This document shows, in pieces, positions 1 to 7,508 of a DNA stretch of 7,549 nt (position 1 is its first letter; every line of letters starts with the position of its first letter). This DNA is from a virus. Taxonomy: Duplodnaviria; Heunggongvirae; Uroviricota; Caudoviricetes. A program made the position numbers and the translations under genes. The notes beneath the pieces are model-generated. The model saw nothing but the letters and a program-made list of their open reading frames with translations. It was not told the origin of the DNA and made no database searches. The stretch lies in the IMG/VR virus record IMGVR_UViG_2675903665_000006. The stretch is one strand, 5' to 3'.

Positions 1-192
1 GATGTTCAAATCATCTCATACAAAAAATACGAAAATCAGTAACGGCTAGAAATCATTCAATACATGCACTCTCGAAATTGCATCAGCCAACCGCAGAACG
101 TTATTTCAAAGCCTACTAGCTGCCTTACTTTTTTCCTCAATAACACGTCGCCAGCAGGAAACAACCTAATCCCTGTTTTGGGCCTCAAAGTT

Positions 193-211
193 GCTAATGA
201 TAATCATTTTC
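193..211 (+). promoter_or_regulatory. Fur box (iron-dependent repressor operator) upstream of sitA
   Basis: GCTAATGATAATCATTTTC matches the 19-bp Fur consensus GATAATGATAATCATTATC at 17 of 19 positions (counted by hand); lies ~80-95 bp upstream of the sitA start. Confidence 0.6.
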
Positions 212-235
212 ATTTTATATAGGTTGTGCTATAAA
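206..235 (+). promoter_or_regulatory. Putative sigma70 promoter core for the sit operon (weak -35 inside the Fur box, -10 TATAAA at 230-235)
   Basis: TATAAA at 230-235 is a 5/6 match to TATAAT, with a poor -35 about 17-18 bp upstream overlapping the Fur box and the MntR palindrome starting at the -10 edge. Hexamer choice is uncertain; other candidates exist. Confidence 0.25.
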
Positions 236-255
236 ACATAGCCGTTGCTATGTTT
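234..255 (+). promoter_or_regulatory. MntR-type operator (Mn-responsive repressor site)
   Basis: Perfect inverted repeat AAACATAGC-cgtt-GCTATGTTT seen directly, between the Fur box and the sitA start; it resembles the enterobacterial MntR operator as I recall it. Confidence 0.55.
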
Positions 256-287
256 GTTCTAATTTTGCTCACTATAGGTACTAAATT

Positions 288-1202
288 ATGCACTCGATAA
301 AAAAAGTAACCATGCTCTTGGGGGGCCTCGCACTCACCTGCTCGATCGCATTTCAGGCAAGTGCAACTGAAAAATTCAAGGTCATTACAACATTTACCAT
401 CATCGCGGATATGGCCAAAAACGTGGCGGGAGATGCTGCAGAAGTCTCATCTATAACCAAGCCTGGTGCAGAAATTCATGAGTATCAGCCTACCCCTGGC
501 GATATTAAACGTGCGCAGGGGGCACAACTGATTCTCGCCAATGGTATGAATCTGGAATTGTGGTTCCAACGCTTTTACCAGCATCTCAATGGGGTTCCAG
601 AAGTAATTGTCTCTTCGGGTGTGACGCCTGTAGGGATCACCGAAGGACCCTATGAGGGCAAACCTAACCCCCATGCATGGATGTCGCCAGATAATGCTCT
701 GATTTACGTCGATAATATTCGTGATGCGTTGATAAAATACGATCCGGCAAATGCACAAACCTACCAACGCAATGCCGATACTTATAAAGCCAAGATTACC
801 CAAACCCTTGCCCCCCTGCGTAAGCAGATTACGGAACTCCCTGAGAATCAGCGGTGGATGGTCACCAGTGAAGGGGCTTTTTCTTATCTCGCACGCGATT
901 TGGGGCTAAAAGAGCTTTATCTGTGGCCGATTAATGCCGATCAACAAGGAACACCGCAGCAGGTACGTAAGGTTGTTGATATAGTTAAGAAAAATCATAT
1001 CCCGGCAGTCTTTAGCGAGAGTACGATTTCCGATAAACCAGCGCGTCAGGTTGCGCGTGAAACCGGCGCACACTACGGCGGTGTGCTCTATGTCGATTCC
1101 CTGAGCACAGAAAACGGCCCGGTACCGACATATATCGACCTTCTTAAGGTTACTACCAGTACGCTGGTACAGGGAATTAAAGCCGGGAAAAGGGAGAAAT
1201 AA
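288..1202 (+). CDS. sitA: Periplasmic Mn2+/Fe2+-binding protein of an ABC transporter (cluster A-I, TroA/PsaA/YfeA-like), 304 aa
   Basis: ORF with an N-terminal signal peptide (basic n-region KK, hydrophobic core [19 protein letters not shown] cleavage-like motif). Candidate metal ligands in [19 protein letters not shown] and YVDSLS. Weak SD (AGGT, 8-nt spacer). An alternative ATG at 312 lacks the basic n-region. Confidence 0.9.
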   Translation: MHSIKKVTMLLGGLALTCSIAFQASATEKFKVITTFTIIADMAKNVAGDAAEVSSITKPGAEIHEYQPTPGDIKRAQGAQLILANGMNLELWFQRFYQHLNGVPEVIVSSGVTPVGITEGPYEGKPNPHAWMSPDNALIYVDNIRDALIKYDPANAQTYQRNADTYKAKITQTLAPLRKQITELPENQRWMVTSEGAFSYLARDLGLKELYLWPINADQQGTPQQVRKVVDIVKKNHIPAVFSESTISDKPARQVARETGAHYGGVLYVDSLSTENGPVPTYIDLLKVTTSTLVQGIKAGKREK

Positions 1203-2029
1203 TGATGCAATCTGCAGGCATTGTCGTTAATGATGTTGCTGTCACCTGGCGTAACGGGCACACAGCACTGCGCGATGCATCCTTCACAGTACCAAGTGGA
1301 TCTATTGCCGCTCTGGTTGGGGTAAACGGTTCCGGAAAATCGACGTTGTTTAAAGCGATTATGGGATTTGTGCGTCTGACCAGCGGAAAGATATCTGTTC
1401 TGGGTATTCCCACGCGACAGGCGTTACAGAAAAACCTGGTTGCCTACGTCCCTCAGTCAGAAGAGGTTGACTGGTCATTTCCTGTACTGGTGGAAGATGT
1501 GGTGATGATGGGCCGCTATGGGCATATGGGTATGTTGCGTATCGCCAAAAAGAGGGATCGTCAAATTGTCACCGATGCGCTAGAACGTGTCGATATGGTG
1601 AATTTTCGCCATCGACAAATCGGCGAGCTTTCCGGTGGACAAAAGAAACGCGTCTTTCTGGCGAGAGCGATTGCACAGCAGGGTGATGTGATCCTGCTGG
1701 ATGAACCTTTTACTGGCGTTGATGTGAAAACCGAAGCCAAAATCATCAGCCTGTTGAGGGAGTTACGCGCGGAAGGCAAAACGATGCTTGTCTCAACGCA
1801 CAATCTCGGATCCGTCACGACATTTTGCGATTATACGGTCATGGTCAAAGGCACCGTCCTGGCAAGCGGGCCGACAGACACCACTTTTACAGCCGAGAAC
1901 CTGGAGCTGGCTTTTAGCGGCGTACTGCGCCATGTCACACTTAACGGCTCGGAAGAAAGCATTATTACTGACGATGAACGCCCTTTTGTGGCTCATCGAC
2001 CGTCAGCGGTGCAGAGGGAAGAAAGATGA
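1202..2029 (+). CDS. sitB: ABC transporter ATP-binding subunit for Mn2+/Fe2+ import, 275 aa
   Basis: Walker [13 protein letters not shown] signature LSGGQKKR, Walker B ILLDEP, H-loop STHNL. SD GGGAG upstream; the ATG overlaps the sitA stop (TAATG). Confidence 0.9.
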   Translation: MMQSAGIVVNDVAVTWRNGHTALRDASFTVPSGSIAALVGVNGSGKSTLFKAIMGFVRLTSGKISVLGIPTRQALQKNLVAYVPQSEEVDWSFPVLVEDVVMMGRYGHMGMLRIAKKRDRQIVTDALERVDMVNFRHRQIGELSGGQKKRVFLARAIAQQGDVILLDEPFTGVDVKTEAKIISLLRELRAEGKTMLVSTHNLGSVTTFCDYTVMVKGTVLASGPTDTTFTAENLELAFSGVLRHVTLNGSEESIITDDERPFVAHRPSAVQREER

Positions 2030-2883
2030 ACGTGCTACTGGAACCCTTCAGCTATGAATATATGCTCAATGCGATGTGGGTCTCGGCGATGGTCGGCGGT
2101 CTCTGCGCTTTCCTGTCATGCTATCTGATGCTAAAAGGCTGGTCGCTGATTGGCGATGCGTTGTCGCACTCTATTGTCCCGGGTGTTGCGGGGGCATATA
2201 TGCTGGGGCTTCCGTTTTCTCTGGGAGCCTTCTTTTCCGGCGGACTGGCTGCGGGCAGCATGCTGTTTCTTAACCAACGCACCCGCTTAAAAGAAGATGC
2301 CATCATCGGCCTGATCTTCTCGTCCTTTTTTGGCCTGGGGCTGTTTATGGTGTCATTGAACCCGACATCTGTGAACATTCAGACCATCGTCCTGGGCAAT
2401 ATTCTGGCAATCGATCCGGCGGATATCCTGCAACTCACTATCATTGGCATTCTCTCGATCATCGTGCTTTTTTTCAAATGGAAAGATCTTATGGTGACCT
2501 TTTTCGACGAGAATCACGCCCGTGCTATTGGATTGCATCCGGGCAGATTAAAACTCCTCTTCTTCACCCTGCTGTCGGTTTCGACCGTTGCGGCGCTGCA
2601 AACGGTTGGTGCCTTTCTGGTGATCTGTCTGGTGGTGACTCCCGGAGCAACAGCATGGTTGTTAACCGATCGTTTTCCCCGCCTGCTCATGATTGCTGTA
2701 ACTATTGGCAGTGTAACCAGTTTCCTCGGCGCGTGGGTCAGTTACTTTCTGGACGGCGCGACAGGTGGAATCATCGTGGTGGCGCAGACACTGCTGTTTC
2801 TTTTAGCATTTGTCTTTGCGCCCACCCATGGGCTTTTGGCAAATCGTCGGCGTGCGCATAAGGCGCTGGAGGATCGCTCATGA
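2026..2883 (+). CDS. sitC: ABC-3 family metal permease subunit, 285 aa
   Basis: Highly hydrophobic polytopic protein; its start overlaps the sitB stop (ATGA), indicating translational coupling; same length and architecture as the adjacent paralogue. Confidence 0.88.
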   Translation: MNVLLEPFSYEYMLNAMWVSAMVGGLCAFLSCYLMLKGWSLIGDALSHSIVPGVAGAYMLGLPFSLGAFFSGGLAAGSMLFLNQRTRLKEDAIIGLIFSSFFGLGLFMVSLNPTSVNIQTIVLGNILAIDPADILQLTIIGILSIIVLFFKWKDLMVTFFDENHARAIGLHPGRLKLLFFTLLSVSTVAALQTVGAFLVICLVVTPGATAWLLTDRFPRLLMIAVTIGSVTSFLGAWVSYFLDGATGGIIVVAQTLLFLLAFVFAPTHGLLANRRRAHKALEDRS

Positions 2884-3737
2884 TGGCATTATTACTGGAG
2901 CCACTGCAGTTCACCTTTATAAGTCACGCACTGCTGATTTCACTGGTAGTTTCCATACCCTGTGCGCTGCTGTCGGTCTTTCTGGTCCTGAAAGGTTGGG
3001 CACTGATGGGTGACGCGATGAGTCATGCGGTTTTTCCTGGCATCGTGCTTGCCTGGATTCTGGGGTTACCTTTGGCTACAGGGGCATTCGTCGCCGGAGT
3101 ATTCTGCGCGGTGGCGACGGGATACCTGAAAGACAACAGCCGAATCAAGCAAGATACAGTGATGGGGATTGTTTTTTCTGGCATGTTTGCCGCAGGTCTG
3201 ATCTTGTATATTGCAGTCAAACCAGACGTACATCTTGACCATATTCTTTTCGGCGACATGCTCGGGATAACCATCGGCGATATAATCCAGACGGTGATTA
3301 TTGCTGGGCTGGTTACACTTGTTATTAGCGTAAAATGGCGAGATTTTTTGCTGTTCAGCTTTGATTATCAACAGGCGCAGGTAAGCGGTTTGCATACGAG
3401 ATGGCTGCATTATGGGCTGCTGTGCATGGTCTCTATGACCATTGTGGCGACGCTGAAAGCGGTAGGTATCATTCTCTCCATTTCTCTGCTCATTGCGCCT
3501 GGCGCCATTGCGGTACTCCTGACACAACGCTTTCATATTGCGCTCCTACTGGCGACTGGCATATCGGTAATAGTGTCAATGACTGGTGTCTGGTTGTCCT
3601 TTTTTATCGACAGCGCACCAGCTCCGACGATTGTCGTCTTATTCGCGGTTTTGTTCATCATGACGTTTGCCGTTACCAGCATCAACGCACGCAAAAAGGG
3701 AAACTCCCATACACAGGATCTGTTATCACCCAATTAG
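2880..3737 (+). CDS. sitD: ABC-3 family metal permease subunit, 285 aa
   Basis: Paralogue of the preceding permease (shared motifs such as LKGW.L.GDA.SH..PG); its start overlaps the sitC stop (ATGA); stop TAG at 3735-3737. Confidence 0.88.
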   Translation: MMALLLEPLQFTFISHALLISLVVSIPCALLSVFLVLKGWALMGDAMSHAVFPGIVLAWILGLPLATGAFVAGVFCAVATGYLKDNSRIKQDTVMGIVFSGMFAAGLILYIAVKPDVHLDHILFGDMLGITIGDIIQTVIIAGLVTLVISVKWRDFLLFSFDYQQAQVSGLHTRWLHYGLLCMVSMTIVATLKAVGIILSISLLIAPGAIAVLLTQRFHIALLLATGISVIVSMTGVWLSFFIDSAPAPTIVVLFAVLFIMTFAVTSINARKKGNSHTQDLLSPN

Positions 3738-3784
3738 CACAACATCCGAGAACAGCAACACCCGATACTTTTTCCTGGCTTCCA

Positions 3785-3809
3785 GCAACGGGGTTTCTTC
3801 CTCCGTTGC
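3785..3809. terminator. Weak hairpin in the convergent intergenic gap between sitD and the small membrane-protein gene
   Basis: GCAACGG (3785-3791) and CCGTTGC (3803-3809) form a 7-bp stem with an 11-nt loop. No adjacent U-run on either strand (the nearest T-run is at 3823-3829), so any terminator function is doubtful. Confidence 0.2.
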
Positions 3810-3828
3810 ATATACAGCTCACCTTTTT

Positions 3829-4128
3829 TCACCCACGATTAACCAACAGCCAGACCAGCAGACACGCCACCACCGGCACAGCAAAATCCATCAGGCTTGC
3901 CACATCCCAAACACGCGGATCAAAACCGCCCCACCACGGCATGTTAATCCGCTTGCCATGCCCGAACATTTCAATCCAGCGATATTCTGCCTGGGTGTGT
4001 TCACGCGCAATGAAGAACGTACAACCGGCTATCGCTCCGTAAGCCCAGTTCCCGGTAAAAAGACCAATCAGTAGCTGCGCAGCCACAGCACAAAGAGCAT
4101 GAAGGAAAGGTGTTATATCCATTTTCAT
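3829..4128 (-). CDS. Small inner-membrane protein of unknown function, ~97-102 aa, two predicted TM helices
   Basis: Clean ORF with two hydrophobic helices (FLHALCAVAAQLLIGLFTGNWAYGAIAGCTFFI and FAVPVVACLLVWLLV) flanking a charged, Trp-rich loop (REHTQAEYRWIEMFGHGKRINMPWWGGFDPRVWD). The track start at 4137 is TTG; in-frame ATGs lie at 4128 and 4122, the latter with AGGA 5 nt upstream. The overlapping +-strand ORFs look like low-complexity noise. Confidence 0.55.
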   Translation of the reverse strand: MKMDITPFLHALCAVAAQLLIGLFTGNWAYGAIAGCTFFIAREHTQAEYRWIEMFGHGKRINMPWWGGFDPRVWDVASLMDFAVPVVACLLVWLLVNRG

Positions 4129-4140
4129 CCTACCCAATAA

Positions 4141-4167
4141 AACGGGGCGCTCGGCCCCTTAATATTA
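4141..4167 (-). terminator. Rho-independent terminator-like hairpin just downstream of the 346-aa fibre-like gene, possibly bidirectional
   Basis: GGGGC (4144-4148) and GCCCC (4154-4158) form a GC-rich stem with a 5-nt loop; on the - strand it is followed by GTTTTATT, on the + strand preceded by an A-run and followed by TTAATATTATTT. The stop of the 346-aa gene is at 4165-4167. Confidence 0.45.
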
Positions 4168-4190
4168 TTTAGACGCAAGCGCCGCCTCAA
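4162..4190 (-). promoter_or_regulatory. Putative sigma70 promoter for the small membrane-protein gene, embedded in the 3' end of the fibre-like gene
   Basis: On the - strand: TTGAGG (plus 4190-4185), 17-bp spacer, TAATAT (plus 4167-4162). Hexamers found by eye; unverified. Confidence 0.2.
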
Positions 4191-5205
4191 TTGCAGATAA
4201 TCTTTGTCTTAATTCTGCGTTTTCTTCTTCCAGTGCTGTTATTCTGTCGTCTGACTCTCTGACTACCTGAACAAGCAAGCCAGTAACACCAGAATAATCT
4301 ACAGTGTAATACCGTTCACCTTCTTCTCCATCTAATCCACTCCCGCCGTCTGGATATTTCATCATAGACCCTACGGCTTCGGGGATGGCTTCCAGGGTTT
4401 CTTGTGCAATAACACCAGCGTAAGGCATACCGTTTTCTTTAAGCGTGTATGTATAGCCGTTCATTTTACGAATGCGGTCGGTTGCATTATCGATCACCTG
4501 AATATTGTCTTTCAGATCCCGGTCAGAGCCTTGATTAAATGCACTTGCATTGCACGCGCCGTTAACCGTTAATTCGTAGGTATTGCTGGTAGTTTTCTGC
4601 GCATAGAACATATAAGCGCCACCATCAACACCGACTTCATAAACAACAGGACGGCTGGAGTTGCCCCACAATTGAGCAGTAACACCAGCATAAGCGGTTC
4701 CCTGTGTGTTTAATGTCATGGTTGACCCATGATTGGCATATTTGATCTGTAATGTGTCGGTGTAATCAAATTTAATAAGCGCGTTACTTCCACGCTTACT
4801 GTATGACATAAGGCAGTTACCCATTTTGAGGTATCCGCTGTCACCGGGAAAAATCATCGTACCGCCATAAAGGTTGGTAAAGTCCCAGCAAATGTTTGTC
4901 CCGTTATCGTTCAGGTTAAGGCGCGCCATTGCGTTACCTGGACTGTCTATCCATTTTTTGAGGTATAGTTCGCAATACGCATCCTCAACACCTGCCGTCC
5001 TGTGAGTTGAGCGGAGTTTTCTCCCAAATATAGCTCCGCTAGTTGGCAATACCTGCTGATACCATGAAGCAGACCAGTCACCAACGGTTTCATCTTTGCT
5101 GTCTACATATGATTTTGTTGCGTAGCTTCCTTGATCGTTTTTTAATTTGCTAACGTCGGATTTTAGCGTTTTGATGTCTTCAGGAATTACTGTCGATGTA
5201 GCCAT
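4165..5205 (-). CDS. Tail-fibre/tail-spike-like receptor-binding protein with a C-terminal Peptidase S74 intramolecular chaperone domain, 346 aa
   Basis: C-terminus SDRDLKDNIQVIDNATDRIRKMNGYTYTLKENGMPYAGVIAQETLEAIPEAV...ITALEEENAELRQRL fits the S74 auto-cleaving chaperone pattern (Ser/Lys dyad, GxIAQE, PExV, terminal coiled coil). LWGNSSRPVVYEVG resembles a P2 H-type fibre motif. SD GAGGA is 7 nt upstream of the ATG. Confidence 0.85.
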   Translation of the reverse strand: MATSTVIPEDIKTLKSDVSKLKNDQGSYATKSYVDSKDETVGDWSASWYQQVLPTSGAIFGRKLRSTHRTAGVEDAYCELYLKKWIDSPGNAMARLNLNDNGTNICWDFTNLYGGTMIFPGDSGYLKMGNCLMSYSKRGSNALIKFDYTDTLQIKYANHGSTMTLNTQGTAYAGVTAQLWGNSSRPVVYEVGVDGGAYMFYAQKTTSNTYELTVNGACNASAFNQGSDRDLKDNIQVIDNATDRIRKMNGYTYTLKENGMPYAGVIAQETLEAIPEAVGSMMKYPDGGSGLDGEEGERYYTVDYSGVTGLLVQVVRESDDRITALEEENAELRQRLSAIEAALASK

Positions 5206-5214
5206 TTTTCTTCC

Positions 5215-5496
5215 TCACATCCAGCCACGAAGTTGATGCTCAACAGCAACCACGTATTCATCGAATATTGACGATTTTTTTGCATCATTAATGATGCGCA
5301 CGTTTACAAAATATCCGTCTTCCTTAACACATACCGGCTCGCCATCTTCGGTAAGTTCTCCGGTTTCTTTGTACACGTTACCTATCACGTCAATAAGAAT
5401 ATCATCCTGCATCGACTCATCATCATAATAGCCGATACTCTCCATAAAGGCCGAAAAGTCGGCCCTGTCGACAAATTTGAGTGTTAAATCTTTCAT
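5215..5496 (-). CDS. Hypothetical acidic protein, 93 aa, translationally coupled to the upstream tail-fibre gene
   Basis: Its ATG overlaps the fibre gene stop (TAATG); its own stop overlaps the SD of the next gene; rich in Asp/Glu. No family recognised. Confidence 0.55.
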   Translation of the reverse strand: MKDLTLKFVDRADFSAFMESIGYYDDESMQDDILIDVIGNVYKETGELTEDGEPVCVKEDGYFVNVRIINDAKKSSIFDEYVVAVEHQLRGWM

Positions 5497-7102
5497 TAGA
5501 TTAACTCCCCCACCTGAGCATCAGTCAATGCCTTGTGCCATATTCTGAAATTCCTGACATGACCAAATAAATGACGTAACCCGGCTGTAGTCTGGCCTCC
5601 AATACGGATAATTGCGGTGTTCTGAATATAGGACCATGTGGCTTTTGTTTCGCTGGATATACGCCCGTTACTTACTGAGCACGTAGACTGATCTGACTTT
5701 ACACGCATCCCCATAACCATTTTTTCAAGCAATGCGTTTTCGTTTACCCGTCTGTTAGCTCCTCCAATATCGCAATAAGGAAATCCGTCATAATCTGTTG
5801 AACGACCGAAGCCAAGAATAATAGCCGCTCCGGTTTGATGACCACCGGTATCAAAAACACGTGGCGCTGCATTTGGCGTTTTATACCAGTTCTTATGTAC
5901 CTCACAAAGAACCGTAAAAGGAAGATTATAAAGGTTATTCTTGATTGGGACTGTCACCATATCGCTTGCGCGAGTGCTTGCAGTTATATCAGTTACAATA
6001 AATGACGAAGCACTTGATCCACCTTCCACTTGTGGAGTTGCGATATCCAGATAGTCTCCAGATGCTGTGCCTGAACCTTTTACTGGAGCATATTGAACCA
6101 TCGCACCAATCATGCTCTCTGTATCTAGTGCATTAATTGTAGCCTGATAGAAAATCCAACCAGTAGCCTCATCTTTTACAGCCTTTGCAATAATACGATT
6201 TGCTGCACCACCAGTCTTATCAATTACAAGTGTTGATAAATTGAGGTAAGCATCTCCCAAAAAAGTGTAAGTAGAACCATCATGATGTTCAAATCTTAAA
6301 CGACACCTTATATTTTCAACATCACTTCTGACACGGCATGAAATGGTCACATATTTTTCATCACCTGTGACATCAAATCCTTTACTGCCAGAAACCGTTA
6401 CGATATTAATCGCACTTGTCTGATCAATAAGAGTATCTTTTACAGTAAATCTCCCATAAGTAAAATTAAAAGAATCCGTGGATATTTCTGTGAGTTCCAG
6501 ATTGCCTGACTTATTCCATTTAGATGGATTTGTTGAATTAAGCAGAAGATTAGTTCTTTGCCCCTCAATAAGCAGGCCATCACGTTCAAATCGCGGCTCG
6601 TCAATGGCAGCCTCTGTCAGTACACCAGATTTATTAATATAGGTTGCTTTCGATGCGCGTTTAAACTTAACAACCTTGTCACCAGGCATCGTTATTTCAT
6701 CATCACCAATAACAATCTTTTTATATGATGGCGAAAAGCCCGTAATCATATCCAGTGAATCGTTAAACGGTATCCACACATCTGGAAGCGGCTGCAAAAC
6801 TTGTTTATACGGCTCCGCAGCCTGGCTTGCATACTCTCTGGCTGCGTCTTCACTTGCTTTTGCAGCCGTCTGGCTTGCAGCGGATGCTTTCGCCGAGTTA
6901 GCCGCCGCAGTCTCGCTCGCCTTTGCGTTGGTTTCACTGGTTTTTGCAGCTTTTTGACTGTTGGCTGATGCAGTGGCAGAAGAAGCCGCCGCACTTGCAG
7001 AACCAGCTGCGGCACTCTCGCTTTGGGCTGCAGCATCCTGACTGTTTTTCGCCGCAGTTTCACTGGCTTTGGCATTCGACCAAAACGGGAAGCTAATCGC
7101 AT
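5496..7102 (-). CDS. Stf-like side tail-fibre protein, N-terminally truncated: Ala/Ser-rich repeat region plus a C-terminal LamG/ConA-like lectin-type domain; start unresolved, possibly a pseudogene
   Basis: The body frame is open from 7115 to the stop at 5496-5498 and encodes ...AKASETAAKNSQDAAAQSESAAAGSASAAASSATASANSQKAAKTSETNAKASETAAANSAKASAASQTAAKASEDAAREYA..., typical of lambdoid Stf fibres, ending FGHVRNFRIWHKALTDAQVGELI (LamG-like tail). The only SD+ATG (AGGAG, ATG at 7102-7100) is one base out of frame; the first canonical in-frame start is TTG at 6797. Confidence 0.7.
6800..7080 (-). repeat. Degenerate short tandem repeats encoding the Ala/Ser/Thr-rich (AAKxSETxA-type) fibre shaft
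   Basis: Reiterated imperfect units such as cgccgcagtctcgctcgcctttgc and cgccgcagtttcactggctttggc on the + strand; translation on the - strand gives repeating A-K-A/T-S-E-T-A-A motifs. Confidence 0.5.
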
Positions 7103-7161
7103 AACAGTAACTCCTTTATGAAGGCATAAAATTAATAAAATTTTTTTCGCTTAATATCATC

Positions 7162-7203
7162 CCCCTCGGTTATCGTTAACAAAAAGACAACAATTCCGAG
7201 GGG
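7162..7203. other. Inverted repeat (8-bp arms, 26-nt loop) in the intergenic region upstream of the tail-fibre gene
   Basis: CCCCTCGG (7162-7169) and CCGAGGGG (7196-7203) are exact reverse complements; the loop contains GTTAAC; an AT-rich tract (7110-7150) follows on the - strand before the fibre SD. Confidence 0.4.
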
Positions 7204-7211
7204 AAGGACCA

Positions 7212-7508
7212 TCAAATCAGGTCAGTTCGGGACTGACCAACCTGCCGAGTGAAAAGCAGTAACAGCGCGATCAACTCATCAGCGTTTTTTCTGACAAGAG
7301 GAGTATGATTCTCCAGGCTATCCAGTAAGTCATGCAGCTCATTATTGACCTGGTGGAGCACCTTAAAGAGTGCACCAGAATCCCGGCAGCTCTGATATGC
7401 AAGATTTGCCTGAACAGCACGATTCTGCATGATCCCGATTTGTGCGATTGCGTCTTTCTGCTGATCGCCTGTTGGCTGATAAGTGGTGTTAAAAGAAAAT
7501 GCGCTCAT
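7212..7508 (-). CDS. Hypothetical protein, 98 aa, phage-associated by context
   Basis: ORF with strong SD (AGGAGG, ~5 nt spacer) before the ATG at 7508-7506; stop TGA at 7214-7212; predicted largely helical; no family recognised. Confidence 0.55.
   Translation of the reverse strand: MSAFSFNTTYQPTGDQQKDAIAQIGIMQNRAVQANLAYQSCRDSGALFKVLHQVNNELHDLLDSLENHTPLVRKNADELIALLLLFTRQVGQSRTDLI

Noticed and set aside
1-190. Possible coding or RNA feature in the 5' leader upstream of the Fur box
   Set aside because: No ORF of meaningful length on either strand, and no obvious hairpins or conserved-looking motifs. Treated as the intergenic or island-boundary region; flanking sequence would be needed to say more.
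447-803. 118-aa ORF antisense to sitA
   Set aside because: Lies entirely inside the well-supported sitA frame on the opposite strand; no SD and no recognisable features. Typical antisense shadow ORF.
1177-2057. Several short ORFs overlapping sitB on both strands (1177-1413 -, 1561-1818 -, 1788-2057 +, 1793-1996 -)
   Set aside because: All overlap the ABC ATPase gene, which carries complete Walker A/B and signature motifs; their translations are low-complexity or Arg/Cys-rich.
2076-3733. Short ORFs overlapping sitC/sitD (2076-2273 +, 2121-2378 -, 2353-2538 -, 2478-2861 +, 2810-3013 +, 3023-3274 -, 3066-3536 -, 3533-3733 -)
   Set aside because: Out-of-frame or antisense to the two permease genes, which are contiguous, translationally coupled and hydrophobic as expected; no independent support.
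3401-4074. Two + strand ORFs (213 aa and 135 aa) spanning the sitD 3' end, the intergenic gap and the antisense of the small membrane-protein gene
   Set aside because: Translations are compositionally odd (His/Arg/Thr/Pro-rich) with no SD; the - strand ORF has clean TM helices and an SD and is the more plausible gene.
6676-6957. + strand 93-aa Ala/Leu-rich ORF
   Set aside because: Antisense reading of the fibre Ala-rich repeat region; an artefact of repetitive GC-rich codons.
6746-7102. - strand 118-aa ORF starting at the SD-associated ATG
   Set aside because: Arg/Lys/Pro-rich translation is an out-of-frame reading of the fibre repeat region; the ATG is noted as the probable original fibre start displaced by a frameshift, not as a separate gene.
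7170-7200. Possible DNA-invertase crossover site (hix/gix/cix-like) next to the tail-fibre gene, as in Gin/Cin/Pin fibre-switching systems
   Set aside because: The sequence between the inverted-repeat arms is not the imperfect 26-bp palindrome of known crossover sites as I recall them; no invertase gene or inverted second fibre segment is present; both fibre genes are co-directional.
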